Shown piece after piece: positions 14,033 through 27,057 of a DNA stretch of 58,337 bases. The stretch comes from Podarcis erhardii (Eukaryota). The stretch lies in assembly GCA_964252035.1 (NCBI GenBank), contig CAXUOO010000139.1. One strand, given 5' to 3'. A program made the position numbers and the translations under genes. The stretch's first letter is position 1, and each line of letters opens with the position of its first letter. The notes beneath the pieces were generated by a model. The model did not search any database and was not told where the DNA came from. It saw only the letters and a program-made list of their open reading frames with translations.

Positions 14033-16482
14033 TGCATGTGCAAGCTGCATCTACCGAATTAAATTGATGAAACGTCAAAGTTCCAGCATGCCAGAGAATT
14101 TTCGGGCACTAGCATTCGAAGCAACTTGTTCAACGTTGCACAAAAGACGTACAAGGTATGTGAGGAGCGGTCAAAGTCTGACACATATACTTACATACAA
14201 AAGCACGTATAAAATAGAATTTCAAAGCAACGAAGTAACATGAGGGACCTCATCAAACTACCCTAAACTTTGCCGCTTCCACGGGCGAGAAACTGCTCAA
14301 ATCTTCTTTCTATCTAGCAGAATATATAATGCGGCGTTCCGCAGTTCTGGTAAACTGATGTCACTCACCAAGTATTCTACAATATGTGGCTCCTAAATTG
14401 TTTCAACTCTACTTTCAGCTTTTGATTCACGCGAATTGCTACGGCCTCAGGAAGCAGGTTTGACCCATTCGTACTTTTTTTCCCATTTTGTGCCGGCTTT
14501 CATGTGGTCTTTGGTGTGGTCTCACATTTCATGTTCTTGCCGCATACAAACGACTATATAAGAACAACGCTATGCACGGTCGACGCGGCATCATACATAT
14601 ACTTATACGAAAGTAAAACCAACCAAAGGTATGCTCAAAGATACGATATGAACACGGAATCTATAAGGAGATTTCACACATCGCAGAAAATTCAATCTTG
14701 AAAAACACGCAACCGACGGTTCAGAAGACTCTATTCGATCAATTCAAGAAACTCGAATGGAGTACTGCAGAATGGTTCACCGTGTAGGAATTGAGAAAGA
14801 CATGAATTTTTCACACACTTTTTTTCAAAATTGGACCTTCTGCTGACTCAAGTTGGAAACTGACGTTATTCTATCAAATCCCAAGTTTGCGTTTCTCAAC
14901 TTCCTAGCTTCCAGTCTCTACAAATTGAATACAGAAAGCAAGAAATTGATTGATATTTGCTCAAAACTGGCGTTGGAGTGAGAAGAATTTATTGTATCTC
15001 CAACTTTCTAACAGGAGGAAAATTTATGCTGTCATGTAGGCGCCTATCGAATTAGAATACGGCTTGCGTGCCGACATTAGATGCGCAAACGTATATCTCC
15101 AGAGAGGCTTCTACAGCCGCAGTGGTCGTGTCACGCACGTGGAAGATCGAGCCATCGTACACGTCTCCTCTGATCTGGTAGCATATGCTACGTAAGCCGG
15201 ATAACGACTTTTCTCACTTTCGACCGCTTTGGTAGCGAAGCTTGGACTTTTTTGACCAAAAGTATTGTACGTTACCCTGTGCCTTTCCGGGTGATTTCGG
15301 ACTCGATGCCAGTTTAACCGCTGGTTCGCCGATAAGGCCTCATTCGCCTACGCGGTTGCTTTAAAGCTTGGAAGGTTTTTTTGAGACATAAATCTTGGAG
15401 CTCTAGCGCACTGTGCTAAAATAACGGTTTGCTCTGCGTTTCTTCCATATCATATAGATGTTGATATGTCAAATGAGTGGGTTTTTGTATGGAGAAAATG
15501 CTCGGCCTCTTCAGTCTCAAACGCCAGTTTTCAGCAAGGAACTCCCCAATACTTGCTCCGGTTCACCTCGTATAGAATTTATTAGGAACCATTGGTTTTG
15601 CTTTTTGCAAATCCGTCGGCTTTCATGTTGCCAGCTTGGTGTGTGATTGATAGTCAAAAAACTCTGAATCCATTTTGCAAAAAAGTTCATTCAATATACT
15701 TCAATTTTTGTGGGCGGTTTGTGGGTTTGATGGACTTGTAGTTCAAATCTCACTTTTCGCATAGGTGACGTCACATATATGCCAGAAGCTCTGCACGGCA
15801 ATCATCAAATATAGTGTCAAGAACGTCTTCCTTCAAAAAAGGTCTACTGCTTCCGGCATGACGCACTGCTAACCTGTCTCTAAGATCATATGTAGTCAAA
15901 CACTTTCAGGCCCGGCCTGTGAAAGCCGTCCTCTACAATGTAACCTCTGCCGCACTTTGCCTTCCAGCAGAGTTTAGCATTTGATACCGGTAGCCCCAAC
16001 CACGTTTATTCGGCAAAAGTGTTCATAGTTGCATCATATCAAATCGATTTCTAGTATAGCTCATTTTTCCATGTGTGTATTTGTACTATGGCAGCATTTA
16101 TTTGCCGCTGCTTCTTTCTTTGCTTTGGCTGCGGTCATCTTCATGAGATTTGAAAGTTTTTCAACGATTCGTGCCATGAGTTGTTTCTTTCATATGTTCG
16201 TGTCGGGGGCGGATGGTCACTCTGTCAGCGTAGCATTCCATATCGTGGATGTCGGTCTTTCGGCTGCTGTTTCGTCATATTTTCATTTATGCCTTTTTAA
16301 CCACCTAAATTAATCCGCTCCACGGTGAGATTATGTGCCTTCAGCGCATATTTGTCTGTTATGTGGCTGCTGGTTTGTCCATTCTATCACTAATGTAGGA
16401 GCATTTCAGTATTCGTAGTCTGTTCTTACTCTACATCGCCCGTCGTTGTCCCTCTACCTCTTGATTTCCAGAAATAGCAGAG

Positions 16483-19400
16483 ATGGCGGGCCTCAAATGC
16501 TCATTCCTGGAGGCTTTTTATACACACCAAACGCTGTTGTTGACTGGAGCAAGCGGCTTTGTAGGCAAAGTCTTGGTAGCACAGTTGCTCAAAAGCACCC
16601 GTGCAGCGAAAATATACGTATTGTTGCGAGCTCCAGCAGGGCGGTCAGCCCAAGAGCGTTTGATGAGCGATATATTTGCAAGCCCAGCATTCGATGAAAT
16701 TAAAAAAGGTTTTACAGAGAGAGACTGGCAAGACCAGCTAAGCACGCGAGTGGAAGCTATTCCAGGCGACTTACTGCTTCCGGATCTTGGGATTCAGCGT
16801 CATAACCTGCTTCGAAAACTTCAAAACGAAGTGACTGTCGTAATTCATCTAGCTGCATCCGTTCATTTCAACTCTCCATTGAAAGACAACTATAGAAGCA
16901 ATGTTGAAGGGACGATGCGTGTTCTTGACTTTGCGAGAAAGTGCCCTCATTTGCAAGTATTCGTTCATACATCCACATGTTACGTAAATTCGGATCGAGA
17001 TGGCCGCATAAAAGAGGCTATCACTCCTTTACCGTGGAAAGTTGAAGAGCTACTCACGGAAGTGCAGAAGACCATCGACTTTAGTGATCGACGTGGAAGA
17101 GTCAGTACAACACGCAGAGTGGAAAATAAACGCCATAATGGTAGACTCCTCAATATCAAATATTATATTCGAAGTAGAGCTCAAGAGATTTTTTGCAAAA
17201 CAGCTCCCTACATGCAATTAGCAGCGTCAGGCCTCGAACGAAGTAAAAATAAGTGTCTTTAGCTGCAACTCAGTGAGGGCCAACTAGCTTCAAGTTTGTT
17301 ATCAAAGCAGCTGCCCGTGCGGACGTTTGAGAGTCACACACTCTTCTTCGACAGTAAAAGGAGAGCTAACAGACGTGGCTTGAAGCTAGTCGATAGTAGT
17401 TCATTGTTGCAATTCTCTGTCGCCAGTCGCTAGTTCTATATTATGCGCGATCTATTTGCACGCTTATCCGCAGAATCCGACCGATTTTGTCATTCTTCGT
17501 TCCTTGCTCACCTGAAAATTTGAATGGTTGCTGTTTGTAGGATTCCCAGACGGATGTTGAAAAACTCGAAAAGCAGCTGCTCGGCAGCTTCCCAAATACA
17601 TATACCTTTACGAAGCGGCTTTCTGAATCCCTTCTATTACGGGAGTGGGAAAAAGCTTTCTTCTTCCCAGAAGACAAGCACAGTATAAAGTTTCCTCTTT
17701 GCATGCTTCGGCCTTCTATCGTGGGTGCTGCATATAGCCATCCTCGACGAGGATGGATTGACAGTGTCAACGCTACTGGGGGCATGCTTCTCCTTTGTGA
17801 GTTCCAGTCACACAAAAAGAATGCTGGACACGCGGCAACTTCCCGCTATATGCCGCTCGAGCTATCCTTCTTACAAAGTTTATACAAACGTTTCAAACTA
17901 GCTGAAACCGCAGTTCACCTCTACAAAGCAATTCTACTTCTTTAAGCACACATACTCATGCCTCCCTGCTAGTGCGAATGCTCTTTTGTAGAGAATAAAA
18001 ATCTTTATGTCTGTCAAAGTTGCTTTATAATGGAAACAGTTTGTCAAGCAGGTAGGAGCAACTTACCTTTCCCAATATCTCGTACAAGGATGTGAAATGT
18101 AGTATATTGAGGTTTCTGCTGAAGGACTTCTCGTAGACGGTGCACGATGGGTTTTAGATTGGTATACGAGGTTGCATGAAGCACTTCATACGAAATTTCT
18201 CTCGCGATAAACAGGAACAGCTTACGACCCTTTTCCTCGGTTTCATATTTTTTAGCTCCTTTAGAATAATTCTGAGAAAGTCAGAGCATCCTCCCGGTAT
18301 GTGGATTTGTCTAGTTGAATATTATCATTTGGTATATGCTAAACACGATATATACGAAGTCGAAACAAGGTAGCTGATAGTGAATCAGTAGCACCAACTT
18401 GTGTAGTTATCAACTAGATACATTCTTTCATGGAACGTTGTTTATGCCAGCCGTGAACTCAGCGTCTCTTAATCAAGCTAAACTGTGAGATGACTATATA
18501 CCAGGTTTATGATATGCACAGACACAGGCGCAATTCAACCAGACTAAAACAAATTGCTCGTCACAGAAAAAAAGTTATATGGATACACTACCCAAAGAAT
18601 TGTGCTGCACTCCCTGCTTCCTGATATCGGCAGGATGTTTTCGTTAGCCCTAACAATATACGTCAACACATATCATCAACGCTATTTTATGTGGGCGGCA
18701 TCTTTAGATCGCTGCCTCTTTTTTCATTATGGTTACTTTTAAAAAGTCAGTTTAACGAAAAAATACGAAAAAAGGGAAACGTTTGTATTACCTCGCGCGC
18801 GTTCAGCCGAAACATATTTCATTATATGTGTATACATGTACTCTGTCAGCAGAGACAGCGGACATTTTCACGAGGACAAAGTCTTAAACGGTTCTTATGC
18901 AAGTAGAACCAAATTGTGTACGCTAGTTTTTTTTCTCTGGCCTTGACATTCGTTGCAGTGCGTTGGGAGTTTTGAAGTGCCTTCCAGCTGACCCTGCTCT
19001 GATAGGAGATAATATTCCAGTGGACGCGGTCGCGGACGGTTTGATTGTGTCAGCTGCAGCCGTGGCAGCTGCCCACGCTCTTAAAAATTCAGTCACAATG
19101 GCAACAGCTGCGGCAGCACATCCTGCTGCAGCAGCTTCTGTCGCTGCTGCCGCTTGTGTGCTACCTGACAGTCTACCCGAACCTGTTAAAATAAAGAATT
19201 CAACGATGAGTGGTGCACAGGCATCTTCTGATGATGAGGCGCATACTGAGAAAGCAGTAAAAGGATCGCCTCCAGGCGTATACGTCTTTCACTGCTGCAC
19301 TAGTGATGTCAATCCAATCCGTTGGGGTGACATCCTAGATTATGGAAGAGAATATAATATGATGAACCCATATTTTCACCGAATCAGCAGAATGCTTCAG

Positions 19401-20969
19401 ACCCCCTATTTCGAAGGCGACTTCGACGAATTTCGACGGTAATTGCTGCAGAGATTATCTTTGACTAGAAGGCCTAGGGCGATTATCAGCACAAAATGTA
19501 TGTATGCGTCCATATATACATCTTTGGATTGCTTGCGAGCGTGCGAGAGTTCGATTTGCTGAAAAAGTGATGTACAGACTTTAACAGTTAACCTTGGTTC
19601 GATTTTCGTATTTAGTTGAAGGCAGCACATCAATTGGAATTAGCACTTTCATCGAAGCAAGTGGCAGTTACCGTATTCATGGAAGGCCCCAAACTTTTGA
19701 GGAGCTTGTCTTGCAGAACTATGCTAGATTTGAATAAGTGTTCATAGAAGTGATACAAATATTCAAGAAAAGCTAGAAACAGGCCTTTACAACGTTGTGC
19801 GAGAAGGGCAGTTTGTTTACTTGGCACATACATAAAGCGACATACTACATATAGTTGGTGGGGCCTGTGAATTGAAAAAGAAAGATTTTGGTAAATGGTT
19901 TGCTCGAAATGATTTGCACCGATTTGGCGCCTGTTTGCACAATGGTATATTTGATCGGTGAATTCGGTGATAGCTAAGAATGCAAAGCGAGAAAGATCGT
20001 TGGATACGGTTAGATTCAGCCGATTTTCATTTCGTATGTTATACTACAGGAAAAACTAGGCGAGGTAGAGTGCGCCAAAGTATGATAGACTCCAGGCATA
20101 CCACTCAATTAGGCCACACACAGCGGTGAAGAGGGCAGGTATCCTTGTAGATAAAGGCTGCTTCTAGCCACGTATCGAGCAGAGGTGAACTCTAGACTGT
20201 CAAAGCAAAAGTGATAAGCCTTATTTGACGTAATCAAGTATCTACATATGCTCCAAAATAGTGCAGTATTAATTTGTTTGATTAAGCAGGACCACTGCTA
20301 TACGTACGCTTTACGCTGTCGCCTCGGAGGGGCTAACGTACGGAAACACGCCTGATTAAATTGTACAGACACACGACTAAAATTGTAAACCTGAGGACTG
20401 TGCCACGTAGAGTATATAGTTTATTCCAGTACACATTGAATGCCTCCTTCATAACCAAGAAGAAGTTGTTTACTAAATTCTGAGCCGAGTTGTAAATACA
20501 ATAACTTGTGATGCTATAACGTTACTTCGACATGCCCGAATCACTTTTCCTACTAGAATGGAACATTGGCGATCTAAAATAGATTCCCTTGCAGACTCTG
20601 AAACCCCAAAGTCTAAGGTCTCCATTTTTGAACATATGTTTTTGCAGGCGCTTTTTCTACCTTCAGCGTCTACCTGCGGCAGTTGTGGCAACCGCAACTT
20701 CATACTTGCTTCCCTCCTCTTCTGTGCTCGCGCGCAAAGCGCACGTATATAACGCAGGCATCAAACGCGTGGAGAAAGCGGCAGATGCTTTTCGGCCATT
20801 TACCTATCATGAATGGATATTTGAACAACGCAACTCGCGAAAGCTTCAGTATCTTCTGACGCCTCAAGAGCGGGAGGTTTTTCTATTGGATCCGCAGAAG
20901 ATTGACTGGCGCACATGGACTCACTACTTCTTCTATGGTCTCGCACGCTGGTTTTGAAAGAACAATCAG
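16483..20969 (+). other. Fatty acyl-CoA reductase (NAD-binding + Sterile/male-sterility) domain of the fusion, exons 1-4
   Basis: GxxGxxG, YxxxK and C-terminal FAR motifs are visible in the translations. Confidence 0.95.
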
Positions 20970-23900
20970 GTCAGACGGAAACCCTTTGGGAACATTACCT
21001 TGCACCAGATCGCCGCCTGTGCAGCCTACAACTTATTTTTATTAGATATACAAAAATGTATTCCTATGCAAAAACACGCAGTTAGATTATTGTTTACACG
21101 TGTACTGTATATATGGGGAAGTGTGTAATCACTACCGTACATCTGTGAAAAATACATTGTTTACAACCTATGAATTAACTCACAAGTTGCCATCAGGTGA
21201 GAAACACATGCGTTTTGTTCATAGCAACTAAAGTGGGTGACTACACTGAAGTGCTAAAAGAACATCAATAGTTGTCGGGTTGAGCCGTGTATCTCTAAAT
21301 TCCAGATTGAAGCATAAAAAAAAAATTTAGATACGCCATTGTAGAAATGACTCTAGTGATTCTACGGTGGATCAGCTTTTAAACAATGCTGCGAAGGGTA
21401 TTAGACCGGTGAGATCGAAGCTCTTCTTTGTCAAAATGGAGGTTATTTGTAACTGGTGCTTTGCCCATTTACCCTCTCTTATACCATGGATGGAAGAAAG
21501 TACAGAACGCAACGTAAAACAGGTGCTCTCAGACAAGCGAAGTTAGCTCGATTACACTTTCGGATGTTGTTGTAGTCGCATTATCATGTTAATTTAAATC
21601 AAGGTGCAAAGCAAGCCTCCACCTCCTCTGCGTCAGCCTTTGCACATTACAGCATGAAATAAGGTTATTGCAAAACGTCTTCACATCAACTCATAACCCG
21701 TGCGACGAACTGCACTTCAAGCGGAGCTTATTTTACAGTAGCCGCATACGAGGATGGCTCCAACGTTGTGTCGTAATATAACCTATTCGTTCAGCCTGCG
21801 AGCCGCCCCCCCCTCCACACCTGTACGTAAATCTACTCTACAAGCACGTTCTCAGTGAGCCGCATAGTCCCCCTGCCTTTATCTCGAGACTTCTGCCCTA
21901 CCCTGCTGCGCTGGATTTTCTGAGGAATGCGGGCCCATTGCAGCACTGCCCCTCCCCTGCTTCCATCAAAAATGCAGTTTTGGACAGTAGAGATATCGCG
22001 GGAGTTGTGCAGGCGGAAGCACATCGCATTACAGCTTCGGGCGTCCGGCGAAGAGGAACAAAACGCAATACTAGACTAGGTGTGTCCTCGCCCGTGCTGT
22101 TGCTGAAGCCTCCTGCACCGTCACTGACACTGAGTGTGAGGAGTCGTCTCAACATGTCACTGTGTAGTAGCTTCAAGAACTTGGAAAAAAAAATGAAAAG
22201 AAAAATCCAATCATATCCAATAATAATTGCGACACCGCATCGTGCCGTGAGAATCTGACATATTTAATGGCTGAAGTAGCAATAATAATCACTGCCGCCA
22301 AAACCGCGATTTGCACAAAATCTCTACAGCATACCAGACGTATGTACGCGTATAGCATAAAAGCAGCGTCCCGTTTGAAGAAGTGCTTAGACACGCCTCG
22401 AAAGAAGCGTTGTGCTCTCCGTGGCTTTCAACTACTGATCTTCAAAGTTCTCGTACTGTGAGGGACAAAATTTCATGGGATGAGAGACTACGTGCGTTTG
22501 CAGCAGCTATTAAACATATAGGGTTTGAGCAGTTGTAAGGCTACCAGCACCAACGCTGGCGGTGATTGCCTCTCAATATGTGTCGCTTACCGGACTTGCA
22601 GAGAATATTTGTAGTTGCAAAAAACCAGCGGCATAATTGCAAATATTCAGCAGCCGTAGCGCATCCGCAGCTTTTTGTTTGGAAAAAAGTCAGACGGCAA
22701 GTAATTGGTAAAACGACGCTTGCGTTTTTCGTGTACATGCAAGGTATGCGCACCATCAGCAGGATCTTAGAAGGTGAAGCAAACATCCGTAGCTCTACAT
22801 TTCAAAAGATTACAACAGCACCATTAGTTGTCTTGGAGTTTGTTTGCTTTGCGGAGCTGCTGGTTTAAAATGGGAAGCTAAAGATTTTTCTGGGTCATCT
22901 CTTGCCACACAAACGAAAATTGAGTTTGCGCTGAGAATGAAGCAAGAATGACCCGGTACGGCCTGACTTCAGCAGGCGGTTGCACTGGATTCTCGCATTG
23001 TCGAGTCTGTTATACTGGTATTCTTCGATATTCACTCGTAGAATCATGTATAAATATGTGTATGTATGCATGCAAGTGTTTTTTAAAAATGATCAATGCC
23101 ATACATGTGTGGGCGCATTCTGCATGAATTTGAAGCAGGCTGCAAGACGAAAGCGGAGAGAATTGCAACGAATATTTTAGAGGTTGAGAGAACCAAAGTA
23201 CACTGTAGTGCTGAAATGAGTAGGCATGATCCAAAATCTTTTACGACGCTTACGTACTTTCTTACGTTGGGGTAATCGGTGACTACAGGCTCAAGGCTGC
23301 ACGAAGTCGAGGCTGAACTGCGCGCTGAAGCTGAAAAGTTATACAATCAAGTAGCTGGCACCATTAAGCCGGCAGCAGTGTATATGATTGGAGCGCTTCT
23401 ACATACTGTTTTTCTACGGCTCTTTGACCGCGTAGTGGCTGAAAAAGTTGAAATGGAGCGATTGAAAAAGGTTATATCTGAGGCGAAAGGCCCCGTTGTT
23501 CTTGTGCCAACACACTGTTCGCACCTGGTACGATACCTCTATCTGCACTGTATACAAAAGGAGTGGCGTCCATACTTATACTGGTCCATCAAACCGCGGT
23601 GCGCGAACAAAATTTGTGATAACATTTTCAAAAGCAGAGAATGCTGTTACTTGGAGTTATATGGACAGAATATAGAAGTGCACGCACACAAAAATAAGAT
23701 TTATTCACGTGAGTCTGAGCTCTAGAGGCGTCAACATTACAAATGTGTGCAATAGTCTAAATAAGATATACATATGTATGCATATATATATATATATATA
23801 TACATACAATTGTACATAAACATATCTATACTCATATGAAATATATATATATATATATATACATGTATATTTGTACATATAAGTACATTTATTACATGCT

Positions 23901-25590
23901 CGTTTCTCGCTAGCTGATTGCAGCTTCTACATATATGTGCTTTCATGTTCAGTTTTAAGGTGGAAGTAGATAATTGAGGTGGTTTTTTTAATTCCGCGTG
24001 TCAGCATATACTAGAAGTTGGCCCCTTTAGTGCTTTCGGGTTTGCGTCATACTTAAGTATTGTTCAACTAGCTGCGTTCTATGAAAAAAAGACGCAGTCT
24101 TATGCAAATGTTATGGTTAGAGACTGGCACACATTCTTGCTTGGCAGATCCGCACATTTTTCATCAAAATCATGTTTACAACGTCTGCGTTGACACAGCT
24201 TAGTAAAACTCTTCTACTTTTATCACATTAGCACTCTACCGTTATTTGCACTTTCTCCAGCTCTTCCTCTGCACTTCTCCGTCTCTCTATCCTCTTGCAA
24301 TTTCTATTTTTCACAAAAACGTGTTAGTTTTCATTCACCGAAACATATGGTTGTTAAGTCATCTGTCCCAGGCTTGTAAATGTAGGCCTTTTTTGAATGC
24401 TAGTCTTGCCGTGTGTAGTCAGACTTCCTCAAGTTCGTCCCGTCAATCTAACTTTTTCTTTTGGCTTACCAGGACAACTCGATCTACATTACGTCGTTAT
24501 TATCCGTAGAAAACATGTAGATACATATATGCCATGTAGAAAATCTTGTGAAAAAATGCAGTTTTACCAATCGAACCTTGAACCTCGTCCATGGCCGTCG
24601 AAGTGCCCAAATTGCTTCTTTTATGGTTTTGACTCTTGGTGTCTACTTTCTCATAGATCTGTGTATGCTGTAAAAATTTGGACTGCTTTTACATTTGTGC
24701 AGGACGCACTTATCCTTTTCTACACGTGCTTAGGAAACGGTATACCTCTACCGTTTCTTGCGGTTGACGAAGCGTTCGCCCACCTCTCATGCGTGAATTA
24801 TTTATTGAGGAATGCTGGCGCCTTTTTTGTCAAAAGGTTCTCTGTCTGCTGCTCATCTCCAGCAACTGCAGCACATTCTACCCTCTACTGTACTATTTTC
24901 AAGGAATATATACGCGCAATCGCGCACAATTACGGGGTCTTGGCCTTATTTCTTGAGGGTGGACGGAGTTATAGCGGTTAGTGTAGTGACTGGATTCGTT
25001 TGGAGACTATACTAAAATAAACACTCATAAGTCTTTCTTTCTGTCTCTCTTTTTATATATATGTCCAATCACATTGTCTGCTACCTCACACCTTTCCTCT
25101 ATAAATTCCGGTATTGCTTAGACTACAAACCATAATGTGCGTGTATTCACTTGTATGGCCGCCTAAGGCAACTGTCTACAAGTGTCATTGACCGCCGGGT
25201 ATCGAGGTGTACATACATTGAAGGGACGTACGGGGAAATCTCTGTGCAACTACCACAGTGAAGACGCCATTTGGTACTTGAACGCGCTGTTGACATTGAT
25301 TGCGCGATATTACACATGATCACAGTGAATACACACACAGTATATTTATAGATTTGTGAAATGTACTTGTGTATAAGTATATTATAAGTATATACATTCA
25401 TACATAGCTGCATGGTTTACGATGCATCCACTTCCGCTTGCATAGCTTTCTTGTAACCAGTGAAACAACCGCAAGAAGAAAAGCAAACTAAACATATTCA
25501 AACTGCTGCATTCTGAAAAGTTAGTGTTTACGTAGACGAAGAGGTGCAGAAAACATAGTTCTATCGACTTAGACGTCGGTAGGTGATACG

Positions 25591-25623
<33 letters not shown>

Positions 25624-27026
25624 GAGCATGTAAATGTACTTATCTTACAAAGCTGATTTCACCTGGTGTTCTCCTGAAGCATCAATACAACAAAATTCTA
25701 CAAGTCATTTTGATTGTATATGGTACATATTTATATTTCCACATATGTATGTACATTAAAATACGTACTTGCACATAATTTGAGATAGCAGTGGGTCACT
25801 TCATAGCTCACTGATTCACATTCAAAGTGCATAATATCTTTTCTCCTGATTGCAAGTAAAATAACTCCAAAAAACATCTTGAATTTTCGCGCCTGGCAGT
25901 CTTCGCTAACACATTTTATGCACAGATATGTCTATTCAGACATATATACACACAAGTAGATATGTGCATCTACGGATACATGTATACAGACGTGGCCTTT
26001 TCTTCTACTTTTATAGCAAAATGCAGACTGCAGCACTATGTTGCACAATTGTTGATGTACGCAGATCAAATCAGCCTTTGCACCGATGAATGATGTATAC
26101 ATGTGTAAAAATTAGATTCACTTCTAGAATTAGAACACATTCGCGTATTAGATATACACTTTCCATACAAGTATAGATCGCCTTTAGCGCGTTCTAGAAA
26201 AACTGTCGCATGCTCACGTTTTTTTTGGTAACCAATAATGTAGTGTACATATACGTGTTTGCATGGTATATATGTACGTCTTTCATGCTGCAAACAAGTA
26301 AGCACACGATAGATATCTGTTTTTGCTGGAACGTCGAACTTAATGGTTTCTAGGCCTGCTAAAACCGCCCAGCACTGGGCTTTTACGCTGTTTGACGGAA
26401 TTCGTATTCTCCGGCGAAGAAAGAGACTTGACGTTTGTGCCGGTTACCATTGCTTATGACAAAGTCTTTGAAGCAAACGACTTTCCGCAGAAGATGGCAG
26501 GCGGTGCTGAAAATTCTAAAGATATAAGGAGTTTGATGCGTGCGCTTTGGAGCGCTGCTCAAGACGGGCCAAATAATCGCATGCTTGACGCCGCGGAAGA
26601 AGCGCAAGGTTTTCAGCAGCGCTTTGGCTTAGGTCAAAAACCAATGGGCTCAACCTACATCCGATTTGCGGCCCCTATCAGCTTTCAGGTACGGTCAAAA
26701 TTGTAGAAGAAATCCATTCAATCTTATTTTGTCCTGAGGGATCGTGGTAGTGAGCTCCGTTGACGTAAAAAATCAACGATAGGTTTTGGTGGTCCGCTTA
26801 CGTGAAATAAAGCACTAAATTCGTCGATCTAGGAGCAGCTCCCAATGCTAGAAGAAGAACTCTATAGCAGCTACTGAGTTATTTGTCCAGGAGATAAATC
26901 AATTACAGCTTGATTAGAGTTCTTTATCGTTTATTTTCTAGGGTAATTCAGCTAAGTTTCCCCAGGGGGTTCTGATATCATAAACATTCTCAAAAGTTAG
27001 GCAACAAGCAAGCTACAGCTCAGCTG

Positions 27027-27057
<31 letters not shown>

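Noticed and set aside
15178-15191. Perfect 14-bp palindrome gtagcatatgctac, resembling the EBNA1 site core
   Set aside because: A few palindromes of this length are expected by chance in 58 kb; single copy and no viral context.
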